Positions 19,731 to 29,355 are shown, numbered from the stretch's first letter. The stretch: 48,734 nucleotides of DNA from Candidatus Hydrogenedentota bacterium (GCA_045863295.1 BTWA01000029.1:1-48734); one strand, 5' to 3'. The notes: a model not told the origin generated them from the sequence alone. A program made the numbers and translations.

Positions 19731-19741
19731 GCAGGTTCGAC

Positions 19742-19896
19742 TCGCCAACCGTCAGTTCCACAGATATCCTTCCGCCACAAAGTCACCAAGACACAAAGAA
19801 ATCAAGGGCTTTTCCTTCGCGACTTGGCGGCTTTGCTCGAGGCGATCTTACTGGTTCCCTAGTTACACTTTATCAACGCTTTTCTTTTGGGGTCTG
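19742..19896 (+). repeat. 155-bp direct repeat, copy 1
   Basis: Near-identical to 20818-20972 (offset 1076). Confidence 0.95.
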
Positions 19897-19924
19897 CTAC
19901 TCTTATTGAGTAGCACCGGGCAAA

Positions 19925-20172
19925 CAGGAAACAGCGTTTTGTATACACCCTCACCGACAGAGGGAATATCGAGCGCATCGATCAAGAGGATGGGGTATAC
20001 TAGGAATATGAGTACGCTGGCCGAATCCGGCACATCAGCGCCGACCGCGTCCAGTCCGCGAACAACAGGGGCGAGTATGACTAAACGAACGATGACAGGA
20101 AAAAATCGTGACGCGTAGCGAACGGGTCTTCGACGATTTCAAGGATACGAACTACAGGGGCTGGACCGTCGT
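19925..20172 (+). pseudogene. Degenerate rhs remnant
   Basis: Homologous to the reverse complement of ~4465-4655; reads FVYTLTDRGNIERIDQEDGVY*EYEY...; in-frame stops at 20001 and 20082 and a frameshift near 20105. Confidence 0.9.
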
Positions 20173-20204
20173 TTCAAGAAGCAACCAACTGTGGAGTTTC
20201 GCCC

Positions 20205-20684
20205 ATGTCCGACATCGTTGAATATGGGCGGGCGTCACTTTTGCGTGAATTGGAGAATTGGGTCGTTGGAAAAACAACTTGGCAAGCCATGATTGCGCAT
20301 GGGACTAGGCCCATAATTAATTTTGGAAAGCCAATGCCTCCGATAAGACCAGGTAGAGCTCTCCGGGCTGAGTTCCAGTTTTTCATATCAAGTGCCCCAT
20401 GGCGCTTAATGAGAGATAATGTAATATTGACAGGCAAAAGCGATCCGCTTGAGATAATGGAACCAGAAATGAGGACATTGTCAGGCAACCGCCTCTTGAA
20501 GATCCATATTCCTAGAGACACACTGGACCTAGAATTGGAATTCGATAATGGCTATCGATTTATGACATTTCGCAGTTCAAGGATTTACACACCTTGGATG
20601 TTTTATACACTGGAAAATGTGATCTACTTAGATATTGATGGCAAATTCAAAAGCGAGCCCTGCGAGATGGAGTTTTTAGCGTAA
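20205..20684 (+). CDS. Hypothetical protein, candidate orphan immunity protein
   Basis: GGAG RBS; AT-richer; directly follows the rhs remnant; FG...WRL...G.SD...DLELEFDNG...W.F pattern. Confidence 0.7.
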   Translation: MSDIVEYGRASLLRELENWVVGKTTWQAMIAHGTRPIINFGKPMPPIRPGRALRAEFQFFISSAPWRLMRDNVILTGKSDPLEIMEPEMRTLSGNRLLKIHIPRDTLDLELEFDNGYRFMTFRSSRIYTPWMFYTLENVIYLDIDGKFKSEPCEMEFLA

Positions 20685-20817
20685 AACAGATGGCACAGAG
20701 AAATCATGAACAGACTGCGAATCAAAGGATTTCCTACCCCAATCACAGCGATCTACTCCGCCCCAAGTCACTAGTGCGCACCCACCGCACTCACGTCACA
20801 TGGGTCCGACCCTTCAG

Positions 20818-20972
20818 TCGCCAACCGTCAGTTCCGCAGATATCCTTCCACCACAAAGTCACCAAGACACAAAGAAATCAAGGGCTTTTCCTTCGCGACT
20901 TGGCGGCATTGCGCAAGGCGATCTTACTGGTTCCCTAGTTACACGTGATCAACGCTTTTCTTTCGGGGTCTG
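20818..20972 (+). repeat. 155-bp direct repeat, copy 2
   Basis: Near-identical to 19742-19896. Confidence 0.95.
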
Positions 20973-21153
20973 TCCCTCTAGACCCCCAATGGAAAACCCC
21001 AAGCCAAGGCTGAGCGCACCAGTTGCCCCAAGCCCGTCACGCAGGCACCATGGTGTCTACCGGACGCTTACATCTTAGTGGGCAATTGATACCAATTGTC
21101 TTACCATACGTGACAAGGACGACTGAGTACAGTCTTTGAGGTCCGAAACTTTT

Positions 21154-21627
21154 TCACAACCGCAGAGAGCGCCTCCCAAACATACGAAATACGAGCCACA
21201 CTACTATATAGGTTGCCCCCCATACCGCCAATAGGACAAGTGGAAGATAGACATAACCAATGACGGCTGTAGAAGACTGATCGCTTCGAATTGCGAAGTT
21301 CATAAACACCGCAACCGCAATCGGCATAGCACAACTTGCGAAAATAGCCGTCAAATCTCCTTTTCGAGCATAATCACTGCTTTTGACCAATTGCAGTTGA
21401 TTGAGCGCTATGTAGCCAATTGAAACAAAAGCGACAAGATGCAGGCCCCATATCAAGATTGGCGAGCCCGGCGGAATGAGATTCTTACCAATTACCGAAA
21501 GAGTGAAATTATGACTAGATATAACACCGGCAATCATGCCGCCCAGAGCAGGAACGGCAAAGCTACATAAGATGGCAAGAAGCGTCAAGATGTTAAAGCT
21601 AAGGGTTCGGCCAACGATGTGTGTCAT
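21154..21627 (-). CDS. Hypothetical 4-TM membrane protein
   Basis: Four hydrophobic segments; GGAG RBS; AT-richer island. Confidence 0.7.
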   Translation of the reverse strand: MTHIVGRTLSFNILTLLAILCSFAVPALGGMIAGVISSHNFTLSVIGKNLIPPGSPILIWGLHLVAFVSIGYIALNQLQLVKSSDYARKGDLTAIFASCAMPIAVAVFMNFAIRSDQSSTAVIGYVYLPLVLLAVWGATYIVVWLVFRMFGRRSLRL

Positions 21628-21872
21628 ACACTGACTCCACTTTCACACTGCAATTCGTTGCGTTCCAGCGCCTCGACTCATCACATCGAGACTGCCACAT
21701 CGTGTACAGTGATCTTATTCACCTGACACCCACTCCCTTGGGTGGATTAGATTCGCCCCAAGTTTGGTTCTCCTTTATTGATGTCGCTTTACCTGGTCGC
21801 CTCCTTGTCAATTTGTGGTTTGGCGGCTTGTTTGTATCTGCCGCATGAACTCTTAAATTTCGCCCTTGGGCT

Positions 21873-21946
21873 AGGCATTCTAGTTCAGCACGGAGAAGAA
21901 GACAAAGCGGAGCTTTTCGGGAGCGCGTTCCCAAGGGGAACGAGGG
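21873..21946 (+). repeat. REP-like element Y
   Basis: Matches 5067-5149. Confidence 0.88.
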
Positions 21947-22011
21947 ATGAGACCTGCCGGTCGCTATGCGTGACAGTGTCGGAAACCATGTAACAACAGG
22001 GTAGCTTTTCC

Positions 22012-22587
22012 CTATGTCTTTCCCCCTTCATACTTCGCCATATCTGATTTGGAAAAGAAAGGCCAAACACTTGAATCCCCTGGTTTCAAATATTCTGCCT
22101 CTAAAATCTTCGAAGCACGTCCGAGCGAGAAAATGGCTTTAAGAGTCCATATCACTCTTTCTTTAAAACTCATCTGACTCCTGAAATCTGGTGGCCATTG
22201 ATACTCGCAATCGGACGCCAAAAATAACTTGACTCGTTCTAGGCAATTCAAGTCCGAGCTCGATGGGGCGTAATCGTCTCTTAAATAGACGCTGCTGACA
22301 GTCAAGCTGCATGAAAGTCCCCAAATCATGCATTCTGCCGCACCAAGATCGTGAGTAAATTGATATAAGCTTTTGCCACGTATCTCCTTCGGTACTCGGC
22401 TGTATACAAAGTCATCTACCGCTTCACGAAACTCGCCCGTAGTCACTTCACATGCAAACAGCGCAGTAATCTGTTGCTTCACAAACAATCGAAGTTCGAC
22501 GTCAATTATGGGTCGGACCTCCCAATTCCATAGCGTACGCTCTCTCGTTCCGGATCGAGAAACCTGAAGGTCTAAAATACAGGGCAT
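22012..22587 (-). CDS. Hypothetical protein, candidate immunity protein (start uncertain)
   Basis: AT-richer ORF with LFLASDCEYQWP and GDSSVWPF motifs; its 5' end abuts element X. Confidence 0.6.
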   Translation of the reverse strand: MPCILDLQVSRSGTRERTLWNWEVRPIIDVELRLFVKQQITALFACEVTTGEFREAVDDFVYSRVPKEIRGKSLYQFTHDLGAAECMIWGLSCSLTVSSVYLRDDYAPSSSDLNCLERVKLFLASDCEYQWPPDFRSQMSFKERVIWTLKAIFSLGRASKILEAEYLKPGDSSVWPFFSKSDMAKYEGGKT

Positions 22588-22714
22588 CCATGAGTTGTTC
22601 CGCCCCTACAGGGCGGGGTTGGGAGAGGGATGTCCGTTGTCCCAGGGCGTTGCCCTGGGCTGATATGTTTTGGCCTTTCAGGCCGTGGGAGCGAAGAGGC
22701 GACCTTTTCACAAC
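22587..22714 (+). repeat. REP-like element X, second copy
   Basis: Matches 4732-4857. Confidence 0.9.
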
Positions 22715-22789
22715 GGGGATGTGTAAACACGAAGGCGGCATCGTCTGTCTCCCTGGTGTGACACCCTTTCGCGTGAGCCGATCGAGCCA

Positions 22790-23566
22790 TCAATGCCCGT
22801 TCAGGCACCACAGCATTAATTGGGGATGGTTTCGGATGATGGCCAGCTTGTCGGCCTGAGACAACAAACGTATTTTCACGGGGCCGTCGGCGCGCACGTG
22901 TTCGCCGTAGTGGCCGTCGCGGAAATATACCCAGGGGAAGAGAAATCCGAGATAGGCATCCTTTGGGCCCAGGGGGAGCCATTCGCCGTTCACTTCTTTT
23001 GACACCCGGCCTTCGATGACTTGATGTAGGTGAACCGCGTCCATTCCTTTTTCGAGGACGGTTTCGCCATTCTCCCGGGTTTGCACGGCGGCGCGCAGGG
23101 TGAAGAGATGATCCTTCTCCTGCAAGGCGGTGTTCATTTCCCTCAGGCGGTCCGCAAATTGCCTGCACAGTATGCGCGTGAAGATGGGGAATTCGGCGAT
23201 GAGCGCGTCGAGGTCTTCCGGTTCCAGGGCGAGGGCGTGTATGGCGCCCCGGCTGCGCACGGTGGCGCTGCGCCTGCCGCCGCCAAGATAGGCCATCTCG
23301 CCGATGAAGCTGGGGGAGAGGGCGCCGGTGTCTTCATGGGTTGCCAGCACGGTGGCCTCCGAGGGAGTGCCGTTGCCGCCGGCCGTTTCGACCGTGTAGC
23401 CGCCTCGAAGCACCAGATACACGGTTCGTGCCGCGTCGCCCGCGCTGATGACGCATTCGCCGTCGTCAAAGCAGAGGGGTTTTACCTTGGGGCACCGTTC
23501 CACCAGCCGGTGAAACTCCGATCCCGGCGGCACACCCAAATCAGCGAGGGAAAACAAAGTCGCCAT
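22790..23566 (-). CDS. Cyclic nucleotide-binding domain protein (one clear and one degenerate CNB domain)
   Basis: FDDGECVISAGD..VYLVLRG, FIGEMAYLGGGRRSATVR; second ENGETVLEKG..LHQVIEGRV; GGAGG RBS. Confidence 0.85.
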   Translation of the reverse strand: MATLFSLADLGVPPGSEFHRLVERCPKVKPLCFDDGECVISAGDAARTVYLVLRGGYTVETAGGNGTPSEATVLATHEDTGALSPSFIGEMAYLGGGRRSATVRSRGAIHALALEPEDLDALIAEFPIFTRILCRQFADRLREMNTALQEKDHLFTLRAAVQTRENGETVLEKGMDAVHLHQVIEGRVSKEVNGEWLPLGPKDAYLGFLFPWVYFRDGHYGEHVRADGPVKIRLLSQADKLAIIRNHPQLMLWCLNGH

Positions 23567-23628
23567 GATCACATGCCCTCCCCAAGCGTAGCTCCCATAA
23601 TCTAGCCTACGCCGGAAACGGCCAACGG

Positions 23629-24618
23629 TCAATACCCGGCCGGCATGTCTTCCAGTTCCACCGCGAGAGCCCAGACGTGCTTGGGAGGATTGTGCAGCCG
23701 GACCATGTCCTTCTCCGTGATCACGATGTAGCGCGAACCGGCCACGTCGGGCAGACGAAACGACGCATGATCCGGCGCGAACCGGGTTTCCTTGAGGATG
23801 GCCCCCAGGGAGGCCAGCGTTTTGACAAACGCCTCGGGATGCCCGATGCCGCACGCGACGGCCACTGGCAGTCCGCGCAGCAGATTCAACGGTTCGATGC
23901 GTCCGTCCGCCGCGTTCACGAGATGCTTCGGCGCGTGGCGCGTGTACCGGATTGGGATGCCGGGGCATTGCTTGCGAATCTTTTCCGTCAGCTCGCGCAG
24001 GCCGGGCGCTTGGTCGCACCGCGTTAACACAATGTGCGTGGCCCGGTCCATTGCCTCCAACGGTTCGCGCAACACCCCTCGCGGCAGCAGATGCCCGGAT
24101 CCGAACGGATTGGCGGCGTCGATCACCAACACATTCTCGTCCCGTTCCAGGCGCACGTATTGGTAGCCGTCGTCGAGAATCAGCGTGTCGCACCCGTGCT
24201 TTTCGATGGCTTCACGTCCGGCCGCCACGCGGTCGGCATTCTTGCCGATGATGACGCCGCGCGCCTTCCGCGCGATTAGCGCGGGTTCATCGCCAAGGTG
24301 ACGCGCCAAAACCTCGGACACCTCCGCCGTGTTTACCATGGCTGGGCGGGCGTTCTCCGCGCCATACCCGCGCGTCAGCACCGCTACACGGCGGCCCGCG
24401 GCCATCTCCTGCCGCACGCGCTCAATCACCGCCGGGGTTTTGCCGCTGCCGCCCGCGGTCAGGTTGCCGAAACTGATGACCCGCGCGGCCAGTTTGACGC
24501 GCGGCTCGCGCAGCCGGCGCTGCATCGCCATACGGGTGATGGGGGTCAGCGCCGCCAGCGCAAAGGCAATCGGAAAGGGAATGGGCTCGCCCCGGCGGAT
24601 TCGATCCTTGAGGCTCAT
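23629..24618 (-). CDS. lpxK: Tetraacyldisaccharide 4'-kinase
   Basis: VISFGNLTAGGSGKTP, LTRGYG, GDEP, ILDDGYQ, LLPRGVLREP and TEKD motifs. Confidence 0.95.
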   Translation of the reverse strand: MSLKDRIRRGEPIPFPIAFALAALTPITRMAMQRRLREPRVKLAARVISFGNLTAGGSGKTPAVIERVRQEMAAGRRVAVLTRGYGAENARPAMVNTAEVSEVLARHLGDEPALIARKARGVIIGKNADRVAAGREAIEKHGCDTLILDDGYQYVRLERDENVLVIDAANPFGSGHLLPRGVLREPLEAMDRATHIVLTRCDQAPGLRELTEKIRKQCPGIPIRYTRHAPKHLVNAADGRIEPLNLLRGLPVAVACGIGHPEAFVKTLASLGAILKETRFAPDHASFRLPDVAGSRYIVITEKDMVRLHNPPKHVWALAVELEDMPAGY

Positions 24619-25775
24619 CGAAGGGAGAAGCGCTTTCCGCTGAACTGCCGGACCACCCCTTTCAGTTCCAACAGCGTGAGCGAACTGAGCGCTTCGGAAA
24701 TGGACAAGCGGCACGCCTCGGCGATCTCGTCGATGTACGAACCTTCGCCTTTCAACACGCCGACGATCTTCTGTTCCGTCGGCGACATCTCCGGCCGCGC
24801 AGCGGGCTTTTGAGGAGCGGCCTGCACCTTGGCCGCGGGCGCGGCGACCGGCGTCGTTGCGGGAATGAACATGGGTTCCGGTGCGGCTTGATACGCCTGC
24901 ACCGGCAATTCCAGCTCCACGAGAATATCCTCCACCGTCTCCACGAGTTTCGCGCCTTCGCGGATGAGCGCGTGCGGCCCCTGGCTGTTGTTCACGCCGA
25001 CCTGTCCCGGCACGGCGAAGACTTCGCGTCCCTGTTCCGCGGCCTGCCGCGCGGTGATGAGCGCGCCGCTGCTCAACGGGGCCTCGACAATGAGCACGCC
25101 CAGGCTCATCCCGCTGATGATGCGGTTACGATAGGGGAAATGGCCCTTGGACGGTTTGGTCGTCATCGGGAACTGCGATACGACCGCGCCCGTCGCCGCG
25201 ATCCGATCCATGAGGTCGCGGTTCTCCGGCGGATACACCACGTCGACGCCACACCCCAGCACGGCTACCGTGCGCCCGCCCGCCTCCAACGCGCCTTGAT
25301 GCGCCGCCGTGTCGATGCCGGAGGCCAGTCCGCTCACCACCGTGATGCCCCGCGCCGCCAGCTCGCGTCCGAATTTTCCAGCCATACGAATGCCGTACGG
25401 CGTCGCCCTTCGCGTGCCCACGATGGCCACGCACGGCTCGTCGCCGTTGTCCCAGCGGCCCCGTACAAACAGTCCCAAAGGCGGGTCGTAAATTTCGGCA
25501 AGGTGGATGGGATAGGCCGCATCGTCCAGCGTCACAAACGTCGCGCCCCAGCGGTCCATGGCCTGAATTTGTCCGTCCACATCGACCGCATCCTTGTAGG
25601 CGGCGATGCGTTCGGCCAGCTTCGGTCCCACGACCTCCCGCAATTCCGCCCGGCTTGCCGAAAGCACACGGGATGCCGTCGTGAAGCGCGCCAACAAACG
25701 AATAAACATGGCCGTGCCCACACCCGGCACGAGCGACAAGCTAAGCCAATCCCGTTGTTGGTCCGTCAGCGGCAT
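24615..25775 (-). CDS. dprA: DNA-protecting protein DprA
   Basis: AIVGTRRATPYG, VVSGLASGID, FPYRNRIISG and SGALITA motifs; C-terminal winged helix. Confidence 0.96.
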   Translation of the reverse strand: MPLTDQQRDWLSLSLVPGVGTAMFIRLLARFTTASRVLSASRAELREVVGPKLAERIAAYKDAVDVDGQIQAMDRWGATFVTLDDAAYPIHLAEIYDPPLGLFVRGRWDNGDEPCVAIVGTRRATPYGIRMAGKFGRELAARGITVVSGLASGIDTAAHQGALEAGGRTVAVLGCGVDVVYPPENRDLMDRIAATGAVVSQFPMTTKPSKGHFPYRNRIISGMSLGVLIVEAPLSSGALITARQAAEQGREVFAVPGQVGVNNSQGPHALIREGAKLVETVEDILVELELPVQAYQAAPEPMFIPATTPVAAPAAKVQAAPQKPAARPEMSPTEQKIVGVLKGEGSYIDEIAEACRLSISEALSSLTLLELKGVVRQFSGKRFSLR

Positions 25776-25850
25776 GACCCTACTATAGCAAGGCGCGCCA
25801 TGCCGTCAAACTCGACTGCCAAGTGGACCTTGGTGTGACTGCCTCGTGCA

Positions 25851-27125
25851 GTGCATCTGCCATTGCTCGAACATTGTCTCACTCGTATGATGATGCCAAT
25901 CACGGAGGACCAGCCCGTTTTGCAGGAACACCGATTGACGTTGACGCCGGGCATGCGGCGGTTGCTGGATTACCCCAAGTTTCGCGGCCGGACGCGCATG
26001 CTGGTTCTGGAGACGCAGTATTTTTTTGACCGGAGTTGGGTGCGGGCGGGGGAGGCGTTGGGGTGGGAGGTGGCTTCGGTTCCGTCGGTCATGATTGGCG
26101 GGCTGACACAGGAACAGATCCGGGGACTGCTGACGACGGTGGTGGAGTTCAAGCCGGACTTTATACTGACTTCCAATTACGCGGGCATGGATGGTCTGGG
26201 GTTGTTCGCGCGGTTTTTCGAGGATGCGCGCATTCCTTATGTCAGTTGGTTTACGGACACGCCCCGCATGATCTTGTACAACCGCACGGTTTCGGCCAAC
26301 CCGTATATCGTGGCGGCGACGTGGGAGCGGGCCTACTTCCGGCATTTTCACGACCTTGGATTCGAGCATGTGTATTTCATGCCGCACGCGACCGACCCCG
26401 CGCTGTTCAACCGTCCTCCGGCCGATTCCTGGGAGCGGGATATAGCGTTTGTCGGCATTTCGATGGTTGGCTTGGCGGAGGAAGCTTGGGCGAAGCTCGC
26501 GCCATTCCCGGAGGTGACCGCGGCGTTGCACGAGGCATTCGCATCGGGCAAAGTGACCCCGGAGCAGTTCGCGGAGGGCGTGGAGACGCTTGTGCCGCCG
26601 GAGGTATTGGCGGCATGCGATTCGTCCACGCGGCGGAACCTGGAGCTATGCCTCGTGTACGAAGGCACGCGGCGATCCCGGGAACATGCGGTGCGGGCCC
26701 TAGGGCCGTTGAACGTGCAGGTCTTTGGCGACCCGCGTTGGCAGGCGATAACCGATGAGGCGTACGGTCAGATTGGGTATTTTGACGGCCTGGCCGGGCA
26801 CTACCACTCAACGGCAGTGAACGTGAACGTAACCAGCCTGCAGATGCGATCGGCGGTGAACCAGCGTGTATTCGACTGCCCTGCGGCTGGCGGCTTCTTG
26901 TTGACCGACTATCGAAGCGACTTGGAAGAATGGTTTACGTTGGGCGAGGACGTCATAGTATGGCGGTCGCTGGAAGAGTTGGCGGACCAATCGCGGTTCT
27001 ATCTGGGGCATCCGGAGATTCGACAAAAGGTAATCGATAATGCACGCAAAACGATTCACGCGGGGCATTATTATGTGCACAGGCTAACCGGGCTTAGGGC
27101 CTATTTAGCGAATATTTTTGGATAA
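25851..27125 (+). CDS. CgeB/YkvP-like glycosyltransferase (start may be the ATG near 25888)
   Basis: SWFTDTP, PHATDP, VNQRVFDCPAAGGFLLTD and HYYVHR motifs. Confidence 0.82.
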   Translation: MHLPLLEHCLTRMMMPITEDQPVLQEHRLTLTPGMRRLLDYPKFRGRTRMLVLETQYFFDRSWVRAGEALGWEVASVPSVMIGGLTQEQIRGLLTTVVEFKPDFILTSNYAGMDGLGLFARFFEDARIPYVSWFTDTPRMILYNRTVSANPYIVAATWERAYFRHFHDLGFEHVYFMPHATDPALFNRPPADSWERDIAFVGISMVGLAEEAWAKLAPFPEVTAALHEAFASGKVTPEQFAEGVETLVPPEVLAACDSSTRRNLELCLVYEGTRRSREHAVRALGPLNVQVFGDPRWQAITDEAYGQIGYFDGLAGHYHSTAVNVNVTSLQMRSAVNQRVFDCPAAGGFLLTDYRSDLEEWFTLGEDVIVWRSLEELADQSRFYLGHPEIRQKVIDNARKTIHAGHYYVHRLTGLRAYLANIFG

Positions 27126-27175
27126 TGTGGGATAAAGATGCATCACACCGCGCGATGTAATGGATAGCTATCTGC

Positions 27176-27886
27176 ATGGCTGATTGGACAAACCCGGTAA
27201 ATCACCCGCAACTGCTCCCCGGCGAGGCGCATGTGTGGAGTGCTGCGATTCCACTGGAAGGTCCGGCGCTCGAACAGGCGTTTTCCGTTTTGAGCCGCGA
27301 GGAACGGGAACGGGCGGGCCGGTTCAAACAGGAGGGCGACGGCCCTCGGTATATCTCCTGTCGGGGCACGTTGCGCCGGTTGTTGGCGGCGTATCAAGGT
27401 AGAGGCCCGGCGGACCTGCAATTCGAGTGCAACGAGTTCGGCAAACCCTATCTCGTGGGGGGCGGTATTCATTTCAACGTCGCGCACTGCCGGGGTATGG
27501 CGTTGTTTGCGTTCGCGCGTGACCGGGAGGTGGGGGTGGATGTGGAGCCGTTGTCTCGCAAGGTCGAGGCGCGCAGAGTGGCGAACCGGTATTTCAGTCC
27601 CGGCGAAATCGCACAACTGGCGTCCGTGCCCGATGCCGAATATCCGCGCGCGTTTCTGAACGGATGGACCCGAAAAGAGGCGTACATCAAAGCGGTGGGG
27701 AAGGGGCTGCGCATTCCGTTGGATTCGTTTGAGGTGTCTTTGGGGAATCCGGCGCGGATCCAATTGATTGCTGGTTCGAAGGCGAAAGCGGACGAATGGA
27801 CCCTACACAACCTCGAACCCGGTAGCGAACATATCGGGGCGGTTGCCGCACTCGGGGAATGGACCTTGTTGAGTTACCGAACGTAG
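27176..27886 (+). CDS. Sfp-type 4'-phosphopantetheinyl transferase
   Basis: FGKPYL, HFNVAH, VGVDVE and WTRKEAYIKAVGKGL motifs. Confidence 0.94.
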   Translation: MADWTNPVNHPQLLPGEAHVWSAAIPLEGPALEQAFSVLSREERERAGRFKQEGDGPRYISCRGTLRRLLAAYQGRGPADLQFECNEFGKPYLVGGGIHFNVAHCRGMALFAFARDREVGVDVEPLSRKVEARRVANRYFSPGEIAQLASVPDAEYPRAFLNGWTRKEAYIKAVGKGLRIPLDSFEVSLGNPARIQLIAGSKAKADEWTLHNLEPGSEHIGAVAALGEWTLLSYRT

Positions 27887-29355
27887 CCTTGCGTCTTCAG
27901 CTTTTCCACCAGTTCGCTGTCCACGGCCTCGGTGGTGGACTCGGATCGATACTGCGGGTGAGCTTGATTGGAGGCATTCCGATCATCGAGCAGGGTACGC
28001 AGTCGCGCGACGTCTTCGGCTAAATTGCCAGAGAGGTTGGAGCGCTCGCCGGCGTCGGTATCCAGGTGAAACAACTGGTTTGTGTCGTCCACACGGTTGA
28101 CGATGAGTTTTTCCTTGTTGACGATCACGGTGTCCCAGTGTTTGTTCAAATGCCGGAGCGAGGTCTTCGTCATGGAATAGAGCGGCCTGGGCGCGGAGGG
28201 ATCCGGCGTGTAGCCGAATAAGTTCAATCCTTGCCAGGTTTCGGGCGCGGGCAACTGCAATTTGTTGGCCAGTGTGGGGAGGATATCGATCAGTTCCACG
28301 CCCGCATCGATCCGTTGCGGCTTTTCACCGGGAACCGAGAAGACAAGCGGGATGTGGATGCCCTCTTGATACACGGTCATGCCATGGCCCAGGCTTCCGT
28401 GATCCCAGAGTTCCTCGCCGTGATCGGCGGTCAGTACAATGATGGCATTGGGATCGTTGGCCCGAATGTGTTGAATCAGGCGATCGACTTCATCATCCGC
28501 GAACCGGCATTCCGCATCATAAAGCGCGCGGACATATTCGCGTGCGGCGTCCGAAAGTTCGGGCACGGTGCGATTGGCAATGGCGCCCAAATGAAACATG
28601 ACCTTCTGATCGTAGTAGCTTCCGAAATTCTCCAACAGGGGTAACTCATCCACGGGCGGAGCGGGCACCTGCATGAGTTCGCGATACCTTTGCGGCGGAT
28701 CGTAGGGCCGGTGCGGATCCATGTAGTGCACGTACAGGAATCGCGGACCGCTCATTGACTGCCACGTTTCGATGGCCTTGTCGGTAATTTCGTTGCCGCG
28801 GAATTCCGGATACGCCTCAAAATAATAGGAATCGAATCCCCGATCGAATTTTGTTTCGGGGCTGAGATTGGCATTGCTTTGGATCCCCGCCGTTGCGTAG
28901 CCATTGGCCTTGAACCAGGCGGGCATGGTTTCCAAATCGGGGGGAACGACATCGATCTCCATGTTCTGATCGGCCACGAATTGGTGTGTCACGCCGAACA
29001 TCACGTTGTGCACCATCGGATATTGCGAGGAGAACATGGATACCATCGAAGGTTTGGTCCAGGAACATTGGGTAATGGCAAAAGTGTACCAGCGGGAGGC
29101 CTCCGCGAATGCGCGCAGCTTCGGCATGACAGGCATACCCGCACGCTCGGCTTGCAGGCTATCCGCGCGCCATGTGTCGATCAGGATGAAAACGACGTTG
29201 GGCGGCGGGGGCGGGGCGGCAGGCGCCGCCGCGGGCGCATCCTTCGGTTCCACCGGCGCGGTATCCGGCACGTTCGGCGGCACGGGATTCGAACACGCGG
29301 CCATCCATGCGAGCAACACAAGTATGAATGCTGGAAAATGATGCTTTGCCCGCAT
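27874..29355 (-). CDS. Sulfatase-like (alkaline phosphatase superfamily) lipoprotein
   Basis: Lipobox MAAC; PNVVFILIDTWRAD, WTKPS, HYMDPH.PY, TADHGEE and HG motifs. Confidence 0.9.
   Translation of the reverse strand: MRAKHHFPAFILVLLAWMAACSNPVPPNVPDTAPVEPKDAPAAAPAAPPPPPNVVFILIDTWRADSLQAERAGMPVMPKLRAFAEASRWYTFAITQCSWTKPSMVSMFSSQYPMVHNVMFGVTHQFVADQNMEIDVVPPDLETMPAWFKANGYATAGIQSNANLSPETKFDRGFDSYYFEAYPEFRGNEITDKAIETWQSMSGPRFLYVHYMDPHRPYDPPQRYRELMQVPAPPVDELPLLENFGSYYDQKVMFHLGAIANRTVPELSDAAREYVRALYDAECRFADDEVDRLIQHIRANDPNAIIVLTADHGEELWDHGSLGHGMTVYQEGIHIPLVFSVPGEKPQRIDAGVELIDILPTLANKLQLPAPETWQGLNLFGYTPDPSAPRPLYSMTKTSLRHLNKHWDTVIVNKEKLIVNRVDDTNQLFHLDTDAGERSNLSGNLAEDVARLRTLLDDRNASNQAHPQYRSESTTEAVDSELVEKLKTQGYVR

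Noticed and set aside
19986..20000. Shared 5' breakpoint between the two rhs fragments
   Set aside because: The remnant continues as YD-like sequence ~60 nt further upstream, so the ends differ
19986..20172. DGR template repeat for the rhs segment at ~4465-4655
   Set aside because: Many differences have A in this copy, but there are also numerous C/G, C/T and T/G changes and an indel, and no RT nearby; ordinary decay fits better
21628..21872. Toxin C-terminal remnant upstream of the 4-TM gene
   Set aside because: All minus-strand frames contain stops and no motif is recognisable, so it cannot be supported
23567..24193. N-terminal extension of the CNB protein
   Set aside because: Out-of-frame overlap with lpxK; a good RBS precedes the ATG at 23566
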